NCBI RefSeq assembly: GCF_001194135.2
Contig: NC_068990.1
Coordinates: 71,845,128-71,909,127, forward strand
Direction of reading: 5' to 3'
From: Octopus bimaculoides
Lineage: Eukaryota
DNA: 64,000 bases
Made by a program: the position numbers and the translations under genes. Shown here in pieces: positions 23,402 through 36,660 of the stretch; the first letter of the stretch is position 1; every line of letters begins with the position of its first letter. The notes beneath the pieces are model-generated. The model searched no databases. It worked only from the letters and a program-made list of their open reading frames with translations, and was not told where the DNA came from.

Positions 23402-25738
23402 CTGCAGAGGAAATACAAATGTAAAAATATGTTGACAATTCTGTCAGTAATTCAACTCAGACACTGAAGAAGTTTAAATAAGTTTATAAAAGTTATATCT
23501 ATAACATAAAAGAATGTAGTGAGTTCAGTAGTTAAAAATACTGATTACTTGATCTGAAAGTCAAGAGTTCAATCCTTAAAATTGATAGCATTATGTTTCC
23601 CTTGTTGGATTTTTTATATTAAAAAAATTTTTTTTGTAAGTCTTACAATGGTAATGTTCATTATCCTTTTCTGAGAATGGTGGATGAAACGGAGAAAGTT
23701 ATCTTCCTCATATTGGAGAATTGACACAAATGTTTACAACAGAGTGGACTATATTAAAAGACACCGGAGGGGAAAGTAGTAGTGTTTAATTGGATGACAG
23801 GTTAAACCTACCAACTAAGAATACAAATAGCTTTCCTGACAGGCTTCCATACAGTTTCCATGTGCCAAATTTCATTTACAAAGCTTTGGTCAACCTGAAA
23901 CTATTGTAGAAGACATTTGATGTCCAGAGACTCATGCAGTGGGATTGAGCCCAGAACCATGTAGTTGCAAGGTCAACTTCTTAACCACACAGCCATACTA
24001 AAGCCAATCTGGAAAACAGTACTATTACTTTTAAGACAGAGATGATAATATCTATGTAGTAACTGCAAAAGTAGCTCCATATTTACATGTAAATGTTCAA
24101 AACTTTTGCATTTATTCAACGAAAGCTATCCTGAGATAATGGAAGTCAAATGTTTTGAAAACAATAACAGAAAGCAAGTCAGCAATTTGAAAGCATCGGT
24201 TATTAATGAAGGGAAATGAGTTTTGCTCTCTATGCACTTAACTATATTCCATATATTCTAAAAGCAACTTAATGTATTCACAATTAGTGAAAAATCAAAG
24301 GGAAAGCAGAATAAATGCGTATACAGTTCATATACCTCATATTCACCAGTTTTTGTATTCAGTGCATTTAAATTCATTTTTATATTACAGCAAACCAAAA
24401 AAATAGGGGGAAAAAAATAAACGCCAGATCATAAAATGTCAGGGTTTCCAGAAAATAACAACATTTAATACAATGAAGTCTAAAGTTTTAAAAGACAGTA
24501 GCTTCATATAATCTCATTTAAAAATTTCAAACAGTTAATATGTATATTCAAAGAGACTAATATACCTACAGCATAAAGAAGGACAGTAGAATAGAAAATA
24601 GGTAAACATTATATGGAGTACTTTGTGGTATGTAATTACATCCTTTTAATATTTCGATTTAAATTCTTGTACAGGTCATCTTTGCTATTCATCATCATCA
24701 CCATTTAACATCTGTTTTCCATGCTGGCATGGGTTGGAAAGTTTGACAAAGTTGGTAAGCTGGGGAGCTGCACTAGACTCCAGTCTGATTTGGCATGGTT
24801 TCTATAGCTGGATACCCTTCCTAACGCCAACCACTCCAAGAGTGTAGTGGGTGCTTTTTACATGCCACTGGCGCAGGTGCCAGTTATGAAACATTGGTAT
24901 TGGCCATGACTATGATCTCACTTGGTTGGACAGGTCTTCTCAAGCACGGTATATTGCTAAAGGTCTCGGTCATTTGTCACTGCCTTTGTGAGGTCCAAAA
25001 TTTGAAGGATGCATTTTATGTGCCACCATCACAGGTGCCAGTTATGCAACACTGACATCTGCCATAACTACAATTTCACTTGGCTTGACAGGTCTTCTCA
25101 AGCACAGCATATCGCCCAACATTTGAAGGGTGCTTTTTTACATGCCAGTTACATGACACTGGCATCGGCCACAATTGCAATTTCATACATCATCATTTAA
25201 TGTCTGTTTTCTATGCTGGCTTGGGTTGTATGGGTTGATTGGAGCTTGTAAACCAGAGGGCTGCACCAGACTCCAGTTGTCTATTCCGGCATGGTTTCTA
25301 CAGCTGGATGCCCTTCCTAGCACCAGGCACTTTACAGAATGTATTGGGTGCTTTTTACATGGTGCTGGCACTGATTGTTTTTTTTTTTATGTGGCCATGC
25401 ATCAGGTGAAAGGTTTGAGTATGAGGCGATAGAGATAGCTGTCTTATTACGGTGGAGAAACTTGGCTACTCTAGTAAGACAAGGAAGCAGAGGTAGGTGC
25501 AAGAGAGAGAGAGAGAGAAAGACATACAGAGACAGGGAACAATGGAAGTGGGAGAAAGAGGTTATAAGTGGCACAGAGGGGAAATAGTATGAATTAAGAG
25601 CTGCGAAGTGGGGTGGGTAAATGTAATCACCTAAACCCTTGAAGTGGGTATCCCAGCTTGGCTACAGTCCAATGACCACAACTAGTAAAAGAATAAGTTT
25701 ATAAAATAGAGGTAAAACTGATTCATGATTGATTGAAT

Positions 25739-25810
25739 TTAATTCAAAGTAGCCCAAAACCTCTGGTAAACATGTTCAAAGTAGAACAGCGCATCATCGA
25801 AATAGTGAAA
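25739..25810 (-). CDS. Candidate terminal exon (FHYFDDALFYFEHVYQRFWATLN*)
   Basis: Acceptor tttttctttcgtttgttttaatctctag|, phase-0 frame of 23 aa plus TAA, CpG-retaining unique sequence; protein not recognised. Confidence 0.3.
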   Translation of the reverse strand, partial: FHYFDDALFYFEHVYQRFWATLN

Positions 25811-26375
25811 CTAGAGATTAAAACAAACGAAAGAAAAACTGAATGAATAAATAAATAGATAAATCAATCAAATATTAGAATATCATTTCTTTTGAAATGT
25901 TCACAAAACCTAGATTTGCAAGTCAAATCAAAGAGGATCTTAAATATACTATTGAATACATTAAAATTGAAATATTAAATCTCAACCAGATTAGAACATT
26001 CATTTTCCATTTAGGAATTTATATATTCATTTAGCATAGTGGATTTGATATTAGAAACTTGGTCAGGAATAAATATGGTTTCATAAGACAAAATTTATAA
26101 AATAATAAATAAAATAAAAAATAAATGAAAGATAAGATGAATTAAGAATGTTTCTGCTGTGAAGATATATAGGCAGAAAGACATTATAGCAAAGAATGAA
26201 GAAGCTTTGAACAGCTGTTTAAATTTAGGAACCACCCTTAAGTATTGCTCACATATGTGAACTAGAACAAGCCACATCATAGGTTACATACATACAAACA
26301 ATGGTTATCCATATGAAAAGCAGCATTTATTACACTAACACTTTAAAATGCTAATCAATCATCCATATGTCCCCC

Positions 26376-26438
<63 letters not shown>

Positions 26439-27314
26439 ACTTTACTACACCTAGTAAGCACTGGAGGAATATCCATGGGTAATGGATGTTCAGTTTCATA
26501 TTTAATTACTTGCAGCCGACTGCATTTAAAGGGATTAATTGATTAGAAAAGATGCTGCAATTTTATCATTAAATAAATAATGAAATATACATAGAATGAT
26601 ATAACTACATGCAATTTATACATGGAAAGTTAAATTTATATCTATAGAATTTAGTTAACTAAACAACCTGTATGTTTGTATTTTGTTTTAATGAAACAGG
26701 CAATAAAAATATAGCAGTTAATTGCCTTTGATGTGCATGTAAGGATATAGAGAAACAGACAGACAGAGAGAGAGAGAGAGAAGCAGGCAGGCAGGCATGC
26801 AGACAGACAGAGACAGAAAAATACAAAATACTATCATTTTATATTAGACGATTTCTGCTCCTCTGAACTTCCTGGTAGTACATTTCCCCCATCAAATTTA
26901 CCAATTCCTTGAGTGTTGGGCAGAATGCCTCATAGCATTTGTTTCAACTCTTTGCACACTGAGTTCAAATCTCACCAAAATAAACCATGCCTTTCATCCT
27001 TTTGCGGTTGATAAAAGGAGCACCAATTTGGTGTGTTGGATTTGTAGAAATGAAAGAGGGTCAGGAAAGATGACTCGCAGTATCTGCTCAAGCTGTTTGT
27101 GTTCTGGCAGCAACGTCTTTGACAACACTGGTGCCAGGATGTATGAGCCCAAGTCAGTTGTCTTTCTCTTGGGTGAACACAGGTGACCTGGAGAAGAGAA
27201 ACATGCATGTATGGGCAACAGCCAATCTTCTTTGAAAAATTTTACCCAGATCTGTGCATACTTGTGTAGATGTGAGATCAACTTTGATTGATGAGGATGC
27301 CCTCTATATACTAC

Positions 27315-27665
27315 ACCATATTAATGTAAAGAACTCCTTCGGTTATGAATGAATATGGGATTGCAACTAGAGAGTTCCTATCTGAGGCACAAGTCCAGGC
27401 AAGGTTGTTTATGTTAGACTAGCAGTCACCCATGCATACCAGCCTCACCTCTCCACACTACTGATGTTATGCAAGCGAAAGGCAAATGCCGATACAGCTT
27501 GGCACTAGTGACGACATAACTCGTTTCTACAACTGAGTGAACTGGAGCAACATGAAATAAAGTGTCTTGCTCAAGAACACAACACACAACCTAGTCTGGA
27601 AATCGAACTCACTACCTCATGATTGTGAGCCCAACACTCTAACTATTGAGCCATGTGCCTTCACA
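27315..27665 (-). mobile_element. Family C tRNA-headed SINE with CORE-like domain
   Basis: Reverse of gaaggcacatggctcaatagttagagtgttgggctcacaatcatgaggtagtgagttcgatt..gtgttcttgagcaagacactttatttc; other copies at 20455, 31810, 45345 (+) and 47300 (-). Confidence 0.8.
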
Positions 27666-30600
27666 TATTAATCTAGTAATTAAATTAATCTAGAACCATA
27701 TTGATATCATCAACTTAAACTCCACTAGACTAATACCTTTAGTTATATGGGCTATAATATTATTATACTACACAGCACCCCACTAGTCTACTTGGATATG
27801 AGTGGGAAGGAGAGAGGTGTCTTCAAATTGGAGACCTGGTCTGAAAGCTTGCAACAAAGTGGACTCCACTTATACTGCACTTAAAAGCCAAGGATGATGG
27901 ATTAAATCTGTTACCCAGGTAAGTCATGGTAGGATTTGAACTCAGAACATTAAAGATCTAGGCCCACAAGGCATCTCTTTTGATGCTCAAACGTTTCCAC
28001 CAGTCCACTGCCCAACACTGGTACTGTATTTTCTGGCATACAAGTCCATGTAGCATATAATGCAAATACATAGTGTAAAGATTCAAACATCATTATCTTT
28101 CCAAATCCTACTGCATTTCACTTGAAAGTTTTGGTCTTCCAAAGTCATTTTGGTGTATATGTGGGCCTACCTCATGGTCTCAAAAATTCGGCTTGTATGT
28201 CAAAAAATACAGTACTTCATTAACTTTTGAAAGAATGAAAGAAAACTAAATCATTCATAATCAGCATCACTACATTCCTTCTGTTCACTATTTCTCTCTC
28301 TTTCTTTTTCTCTCACTCTCTAACCATCACAAATGTGTTTTTTTCACTAGCTGGTTTTAAAGACCAGATCCACTCCAAACTGCATTATCTACATTGTACA
28401 AAAATTTTGACCTGATCCCACAGGAATTAATTCCCTTGCTTCTTTATATTAAGAGTTGAATGAAAGGAGTAGCAACCTTATCTCACAGGAAAACAAAAAC
28501 AAAAAAAAAAACCAATATGCTACATGAACCGTCAAAAGATGGCTCAATAGAAAGTGTAGCAGGGAAAAATAAGGAAGAAGAGAATTTTTTTTATCTATTT
28601 ATTGCTTGAATAACCTTAGTTGATTGAAGTTTTACAACTCCACTATATAATGTATGTGTGTTACCCTACCATAGTTATATTATAAATATGACAGAGGTTG
28701 TTCTGTAATGTTTTAATTTTTTATTAGGTATTAATTTCATAAATTATTCATTTTTGATGTTCTGAATGAGAAGTGAAAAATTACAAGACATTGTAATGGA
28801 TATTTTGCAGAGTACTGTCACTTAAAACTGGCTGTTATTTTTGTAGGTCATCACCACAGGTGGGTAAAATACATTTACTGAATCCCCCCAAGGATTCTTA
28901 ATAGCTATGTGCATGTACACATAAACACAAACACCTGTGCAAAATGATAGTAAATTATAGGGTGTTTGTTAGAGAACTAAAATTTTAAGTATGTATTAAG
29001 TGGAAACAAATAGTAAGATATAAATGAGGGAAGATTAGCAATGAAAGAACATTAGTGAAAAGGCTAAAACTCAGATTATCTATAAAACCATATGCAATTA
29101 AATGTGTGTGTGTGTGTGTGTGTGCATGTATTTATATGAGCACACATGTATTTATGTATGTGTATATGCTGGATGAAAGAAACTATGCTCTAAAGTCAGC
29201 TATAAGAAGTTGGACCATTCATTGCTAGCATCAATGCTGCTTGAAGGTACCAACATCATCACAATCACCTATCTACAACTAATGAATGGAATGTGAATGT
29301 GTGTATAAAATTATAAACTTAAGAAGCTTTAAGGTATGAATTTACTGAGGCTCCTCTCCTATAAACCACCTCTTAATCTGTTCGTTAAACTTTCATAATA
29401 TGCAGATTATTTGGTTTTCTTTAAAGAAGTTCATGACCTGAAAGAGCTTAAGCTGAATGACCTGAGAGAAATGTGGTCAAGAAAAAGTTAATAGTAAACA
29501 ACTAGAGCCATTAAGTCACAGAAATATCATGATAGGATAAGGTATATGAATGAACAAAAATAATAGTCAAATTTCAAACCTAGAAAACAACAAAAGGTAT
29601 ATTCTCCTGAAATGACTGCACCAACAATGAGAGCAAGCAAGGATTAAAGGCAACACAATCTGGGATTCAAACGTAGACATTAATTAGCAATAGGTGTTGA
29701 GCTAGAAATGCAGTACGACTCCACTATGTGCCTAAAAAGAAAATCTTTCAAACAAGGTATGAATAAGTTTTAGATGTCATAAGAGCCTTTGGAAATGGCT
29801 GCAATAAATATAACACTACAAGACAACCCTATTGAGTAAACCTATAGTCAAAAGCTTTCAGCCATTATTACCCTGTTTCCTCAAGACACCTAGGACTACA
29901 TTATCCAATGTATTCTTTATTTAAGACATACTATGTGCATGTTTGTTTTAGAGAAGGCGCACCATATCACCACATGTTGCAAGTGGAAACTAAAAGGGTT
30001 ACTGTCATGCAGAGCACTGGGCATTAAATGCTGCCATGAAAACCTGTCCAACACATGCCAGCATAGGAAATTGTATGTCAAACAATGTTTCTTTATTTAA
30101 AACAGTAGACTGTAACCAAAGGGAGGTTTGGCTGCTGTTTCTAGTGGGCTGAGTGATCTCATAATGGCATCCTCATGAAACTATGCCATTATTGCTGCTG
30201 ATGTTTAGTGCCATGTCATCCTCAATCAAGCAAACCTATGGCCAAAGGTGTTTCAAATGTAACCATCCTATCTTTTGATTGCAACACTGAACTTTTACAG
30301 GGGCAAACACAACATGCCAGTTATGATGACTGACAGTTACAACAACAATAGATGGACAATAGGTGTCACAGTGTAACTGAAGATAATATGTTGTTTTGCA
30401 ATTGATTAAACCTCAGCTAGCTTTGTTTATCTCCGTAATCTCAAACTAATTGGAATAACAGACGTAATTAAAACTAAAAACACTTGTCACATCACTGAAG
30501 GAACCATATGAGTGAGTGAGTGAAGTGGTATGACTCGTGAATTCACAGCAGGTCTACACTAAACCAATGAAGGAACTTCTATGCAATCACTCAAAATGCT

Positions 30601-31318
30601 AGAAATAGCAGTCAGAACTTCCCTCAAATCATTGCCTGCTGTCTTAAAATGCAATGAATACATTCAGTAGTACGTATAGTCCGAGAAAGCCTTAAAAGTT
30701 TGGCTGACTTGACTATCTCTGATCATGGATTTGCACGTTCAGGTCTGACCCAGGGCTAAACGACAATATGAGGTGTTGTGAAAGCTGTACCTCCATTCTA
30801 CCAGCTAGTGCAAGTAATAACATGTAATTAGACATGTTTGATGTGAATTAATTAACTAGTAGTAGTAGAAAACAAGCAATAAAAGCAGCCGTAAGAGATT
30901 CCACAAAATCCTCATTAACAACTATGGCAAAAATTGATGGCTGTGGCTTGCTTGTTTTCTTTCATAATGAAAATATATAAATAAATACAAATATACATTA
31001 TGCGTGTGCATGTGCGTGCATGCAATGAAACAAAAACAACAAAGACCATTAGATATTATTGTTGTTTGTTGTTGCAGTTGGAGATGTTCACTTGTAATCT
31101 CTGTGTTGTTTTTTAAATATCTTCAGGTTAACTGAAATTTCAGATGTAAAAGCTTCAGCTTGGAAATCCTATTGCTGCAACATCATCATAATCTGATGAC
31201 TAAAAACAGGAAGTAGAAACAAAACTTATAAACTATTTCTTAAATCAATAATGCAGGATACAAATGAATACAGAAAGAATTTAGAACTTGCTTCAACATG
31301 TTCACAAGCATACATCTG

Positions 31319-31356
<38 letters not shown>

Positions 31357-32119
31357 AATAGCTGTGTGTAAATGTATGTATGTGTATATATTGTATGCAT
31401 GTGTATATGTATGGAGGTGCAAGCATGGCTGAATGTAGGGCCATGTTAACATTATAGAACCCCAGGCAATTCAATGCACTGGGCCCTATATCATCATCAT
31501 TATTTAATATCCGTTTTCCACGCTGGCATGGGTTGGATGATTTGACATCAGCAGGCCAACCAGAGAGCTGTCCAGACTCATCTCTGTTTTGGCATGGTTT
31601 CTATGGCTGGATGCCCTTCCTTACGTGAACCACTTTACTGAGTGTGCTGGGTGCTTTTTACGTGCTACCAACATGAGCGCATTATGCATGGCACCAGCAT
31701 CTGCAAAGGACATGCCTGTATGTATGGAAGGCTGTGATTTTACTCAGCTTGACATGTCTTCTCAGGTACAGCAAATTGTCACAAGTCTCAGTCCCTTGTC
31801 ATTTCCTCAGTAATGGTTAAGGAGTTTGATTCACAACCACTAGGTCCTGGGTTCAATCTCTCAGTGCAACAAATTGCACAAATGTCATTTTCTCTAACCT
31901 CAGGTGAAGCCATTCCTTGTGAATGAAACTGAGTTGAAAAAATCTGCATGGAAGCTGTGCAGGATGCATTCTACCTCTAATTCAAGCATTACAGCTTTGT
32001 CATATATGCACACCATGTTACGCTGATTCTGCCTGCAAATTATATTAAGGGTGTGTGTAGAACACTAAGTCACGTACATGTTAATTCAGGAGTAGGTAAT
32101 CCAGTTGGTGTGTGTTTGT

Positions 32120-32300
32120 TCCTCCACCATTGTTTGACAACCGATGGTGGTGTGTTTATATCCCCATAATTTAGTGGCTCAGGAAAAGAGACCGATAGAA
32201 TAAGTACTGCGCTTACAAAGAATAAGTCCTGGGGTCGATTTGTTTGACTAAAGGCGGTGCTCCAGCATGGCTGTAGTCAAATGATTGAAACAAATAAAAG
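32120..32300 (+). mobile_element. SINE 3' module (family B; usually fused behind family A)
   Basis: ccaccattgtttgacaaccgatggtggtgtgttta..gaccgatagaataagtact..ggggtcgatttgtttgactaaaggcggtgctccagcatgg; near-identical copy at 36000-36190. Confidence 0.85.
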
Positions 32301-32575
32301 AATATATATAACATACAAACATAGGTATGCATATATCCAAATACAAATATATATGTATAATTACATTTGTGTGCACACAAATATATACCATACACTCAGA
32401 AATTTACATATACACTTACATACATACGCATATAATTCCACATGACAGGCTGACACACTCACATACACAGACAAGATGAAGTAAATATTGATTTTTTCCT
32501 TGGGGCCATGTTTGACATATTCAGTATATTTCTACCTGGGAATCATTAGTTAGGTTATTCATTTCTTTTTATTAC

Positions 32576-32611
<36 letters not shown>

Positions 32612-34800
32612 CACCACATATAATTGTCTGTAAATAAAACTTATGGACACCAGTGCACTTAGAGTGAAAGCAAAACAAATAAAAAAAAATCTGGTTTGTA
32701 ATAAACATGAAGACTGACCATTATCATTGATTGTAAAATAAGCAGAATGTATTTAAATGAAAAAAAAAATCAAAATAGAAATTGGTAAACCGATTTCTTT
32801 AGCAGTAACCTATATCAGATCACCTACCTTTTCATAAAATATAGGTAATCGTTAAAATTATTCCAATCAGACTCACTAAGTAACCCCCACACACAAACTA
32901 TGGCACACACATGTATTCATTTATCTCTCTTCTCCCTCTCTGACTGTTTTGTCATTGCATTAATGACTTCTGCCCTTTGCAACTGGCTAGTTTTAAATCA
33001 CTTCCAGCCAGTCCTATATGAAATACATCTGGTTTTTCTTCACCTGTTGCCCTTACTGCATCTCGCCTTCTTGCACTCTCTCTCTCTCTCCCTGTCTCCA
33101 AACTTTAAACTAACACGTTACCTACTCCTAGAATCTTTTCAAACTTCTAGAATTTATCCCCCACCCACCCATGTTTATTTTCCTTATTTTTCTCCTGTTA
33201 TAACTGTTGCACAGATGTACTGCAGGTGAAGCTGTGTAGTAAGCAGTTTGCTTCCCAACTACAAGGTTTTGTGTTTAGAACACTGCATGGCACCTTATGG
33301 AAGTGCTTTCTGCTATAGCCCCAGGCTGACTAAAGCCTTGCGAGTAGATCTGGTAGTCAGAAACAGAAAGAAACCTGTCATACACATATGTGTGTGTGTG
33401 TGTGTGTGTGTGTGTTACAGTCACCTTGCCTTGACTTCATGTGATAGTTGTACATGGGTTCACTGTCATGCAAGCGGTATCCTCTGTTCCCAATGTTCTG
33501 TGAAAACATATTTGGCCATCGGGAAATATTGCATTACTTGGAAACAGCTGAGGGGTGGTGACAGGGAAGATATCTGGCCATAGAAAAGTAAATTTTACCA
33601 AATTCCAACCAACCCATACAAGCATGGAAAAGAGGATGTTAAAATAGTGGTGATGATGATGGTGGTGGTGATGATGATGGTCACACTAAACACCGCCTGC
33701 AAGAAATAGCTGCCAAATTCTTTCAACTCCCACTTTATTATCTTTGAAAAGAATAAGCTGAAGGAATAGACCCTGAGCTCCCCGCATACATGAAAAAGAC
33801 AAGATGATCATGACTAGAATGCTTTTCATAATAGGCTTCTTCGATGAAGTCTGACATGGTATTAGACACCACCACCGCCGCCACTGCCACCACCACCTGA
33901 TATGTCTCACATAAATACAAAAACTACAACNNNNNNNNNNNNNNNNNNNNNNNNNNNNNNNNNNNNNNNNNNNNNNNNNNNNNNNNNNNNNNNNNNNNNN
34001 NNNNNNNNNNNNNNNNNNNNNNNNNNNNNNNNNNNNNNNNNNNNNNNNNNNNNNNNNNNNNNNNNNNNNNNNNNNNNNNNNNNNNNNNNNNNNNNNNNNN
34101 NNNNNNNNNNNNNNNNNNNNNNNNNNNNNNNNNNNNNNNNNNNNNNNNNNNNNNNNNNNNNNNNNNNNNNNNNNNNNNNNNNNNNNNNNNNNNNNNNNNN
34201 NNNNNNNNNNNNNNNNNNNNNNNNNNNNNNNNNNNNNNNNNNNNNNNNNNNNNNNNNNNNNNNNNNNNNNNNNNNNNNNNNNNNNNNNNNNNNNNNNNNN
34301 NNNNNNNNNNNNNNNNNNNNNNNNNNNNNNNNNNNNNNNNNNNNNNNNNNNNNNNNNNNNNNNNNNNNNNNNNNNNNNNNNNNNNNNNNNNNNNNNNNNN
34401 NNNNNNNNNNNNNNNNNNNNNNNNNNNNNNNNNNNNNNNNNNNNNNNNNNNNNNNNNNNNNNNNNNNNNNNNNNNNNNNNNNNNNNNNNNNNNNNNNNNN
34501 NNNNNNNNNNNNNNNNNNNNNNNNNNNNNNNATATATATATATATATATATATATATAACATAAGGGGTTTAGTTCACAGGTGATCTAAATGAATAGGTA
34601 CACTGTGTAAGTGCTATAATAGGTCATCTATTAGGTTCCAGGTTCACAGCTAAGGCTGGAGCTAGGTATCCATAGTAGGCTTCTAAGTTAGCAGGTATAT
34701 ATTAGAAGGAAAAGGACAACAAAAACCAAGGCAGGATGAGTCTCAAGTCATTTACAATATTTAATTAGACGAAGATGAATTTGAAGTAATTAATTACTGA

Positions 34801-34878
34801 TGTCTTACAGCTGTTTCTTGAATATCCCAAGTGATAGGTTAGCATCTCCATACACTGGGTATTCCGTCATCAGAGACA
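34801..34878 (-). ncRNA. Type I hammerhead ribozyme motif (Penelope-like terminus)
   Basis: Minus strand TGTCT-CTGATGA-[49-nt stem II, GAATA/TATTC, CCCAG/TTGGG]-GAA-AC-AGCT-GT-A^AGACA; intact core, 5-bp stem I, palindromic stem III ACAGCTGT; two mismatches at the base of stem II. Confidence 0.7.
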
Positions 34879-35702
34879 AGGAGAGTATGTATGCAAGTTT
34901 GAGACAGGGAATTCACAGTTTATAAAGGAATAAAACAGTAGAAAGAATAAAAAGTAAAATAGTAGATAGAAGAATATAGACAGGAGAATAAAGTTCACAG
35001 CTCAGCTCATCTTACAGAGCGTATTATTGGACTGTGTGTGTGTGTATGTGTATATATATATATGTATGCATACACACATACACGCACACATATAAACTTA
35101 CAAACACACATGTGCATGCAAACACACACACACACACATAAGTATCATCCCTCCCACCATATTCCTTCTTCCTGTCACATTTATTAGAAACTTAACCAAT
35201 CTTTCCTTATCAGAATGACAGCCCATTCCACCTTCCCCATCACCCTGCAGTGCAAAGACTGATCTTCCAGTATTCGAGTTGAACCTCAACTGAAAAGGTC
35301 ATGGGCACAAACATTGATCTTATGACTGCTATTGCCCCCCTCCCCCCACACATATATAAACACAATTTATTGTTGAAATAACTGAAATTATGAAAAAAAA
35401 AAAAATTATTTTCAAATTACAACATTCTTCAAATAGTATCAGGAAAGTGAAAAAAAATTATCTTGGTTTGTTTTGGGGATATTTTCTTTTGTGGGGTGGA
35501 GGTAGGGTGTGCATGATTCTGTTTTTGTAACATCCAAAACAACCCTCAAAATTAAACTGGTAAACACACTAAGCAATACAATATATATATACACACACAC
35601 ATACACACACACGTGCATACACATATATACATGTGTGTGTATATACATATATACACACACATACATCATATAAATATATACACGCACACACGTACCAAAT
35701 AA

Positions 35703-35755
<53 letters not shown>

Positions 35756-35931
35756 NNNNNNNNNNNNNNNNNNNNNNNNNNNNNNNNNNNNNNNNNNNNN
35801 NNNNNNNNNNNNNNNNNNNNNNNNNNNNNNNNNNNNNNNNNNNNNNNNNNNNNNNNNNNNNNNNNNNNNNNNNNNNNNNNNNNNNNNNNNNNNNNNNNNN
35901 NNNNNNNNNNNNNNNNNNNNNNNNNNNNNNN

Positions 35932-35972
<41 letters not shown>

Positions 35973-36194
35973 GTGTGTATATGTTTGTGTGTCTGTGTTT
36001 GTCCCCCCAACATCGCTTGACAACCAATGGTGGTGTGTTTAGGTCCCCGTAACTTAGCGGTTCAGCAAAAGAGACCGATAGAATAAGTACTAGGCATCCA
36101 AAGAATAAGTCCTGGGGTCGATTTGCTCGACTAAAGGCGGTGCCCCAGCATGGCTGCAGTCAAATGACTGAAACAAGTAAAAGAGTAAAAGAGA

Positions 36195-36234
<40 letters not shown>

Positions 36235-36439
36235 ACACACACATATACATACACACATACATAAGAGAGAGAAAAAGAGAACTCCTTTTAATTTCAATAC
36301 ACCAAATTTCCCTGACAAGGTATTGGTCAATTCATGGCTATATTATTAGACAACAGCAGCCAAGTTTCTATGCAGCGGGAGCAAACTCCATGTCAAATGG
36401 TTCTGAACTTCTTAACCATACAGCCACATCATTATGTAC

Positions 36440-36660
36440 ACTAGCAATAGCATGCTGGGTGAAATGCTTAGCGGTGTTTCGCCTGCCGCTACAATCTGAG
36501 TTCAAATTCCGCCAAGGTTAACTTTGCCTTTAATCCTTTTGGGTCAATTAAATAAGTACCAGTTATGCACTGGGGTCGATGAAATCGACTTAATCCCTTC
36601 GTCTGTCCTTGTTTGTCCCCTCTATGTTTAGCTCCTTGCGGGCAATAAAGAAATAACTAT
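36440..36660 (+). mobile_element. Well-preserved family D SINE variant
   Basis: gcatgctgggtgaaatgcttagcggtgtttcgcctgccgctac..ctgagttcaaattccgcc..taagtaccagttatgcactggggtcgat..ggcaataaagaaataa. Confidence 0.85.

Noticed and set aside
26994-27281. 95-aa ORF (..SKTLLPEHKQLEQILRVIFPD..)
   Set aside because: Sandwiched between SINEs with no good splice sites; probably repeat-derived but unclassified
27590-27665. tRNA gene
   Set aside because: A/B-box-like SINE head continuing into a CORE-like body; no cloverleaf with an acceptor stem. The same applies to the other SINE heads
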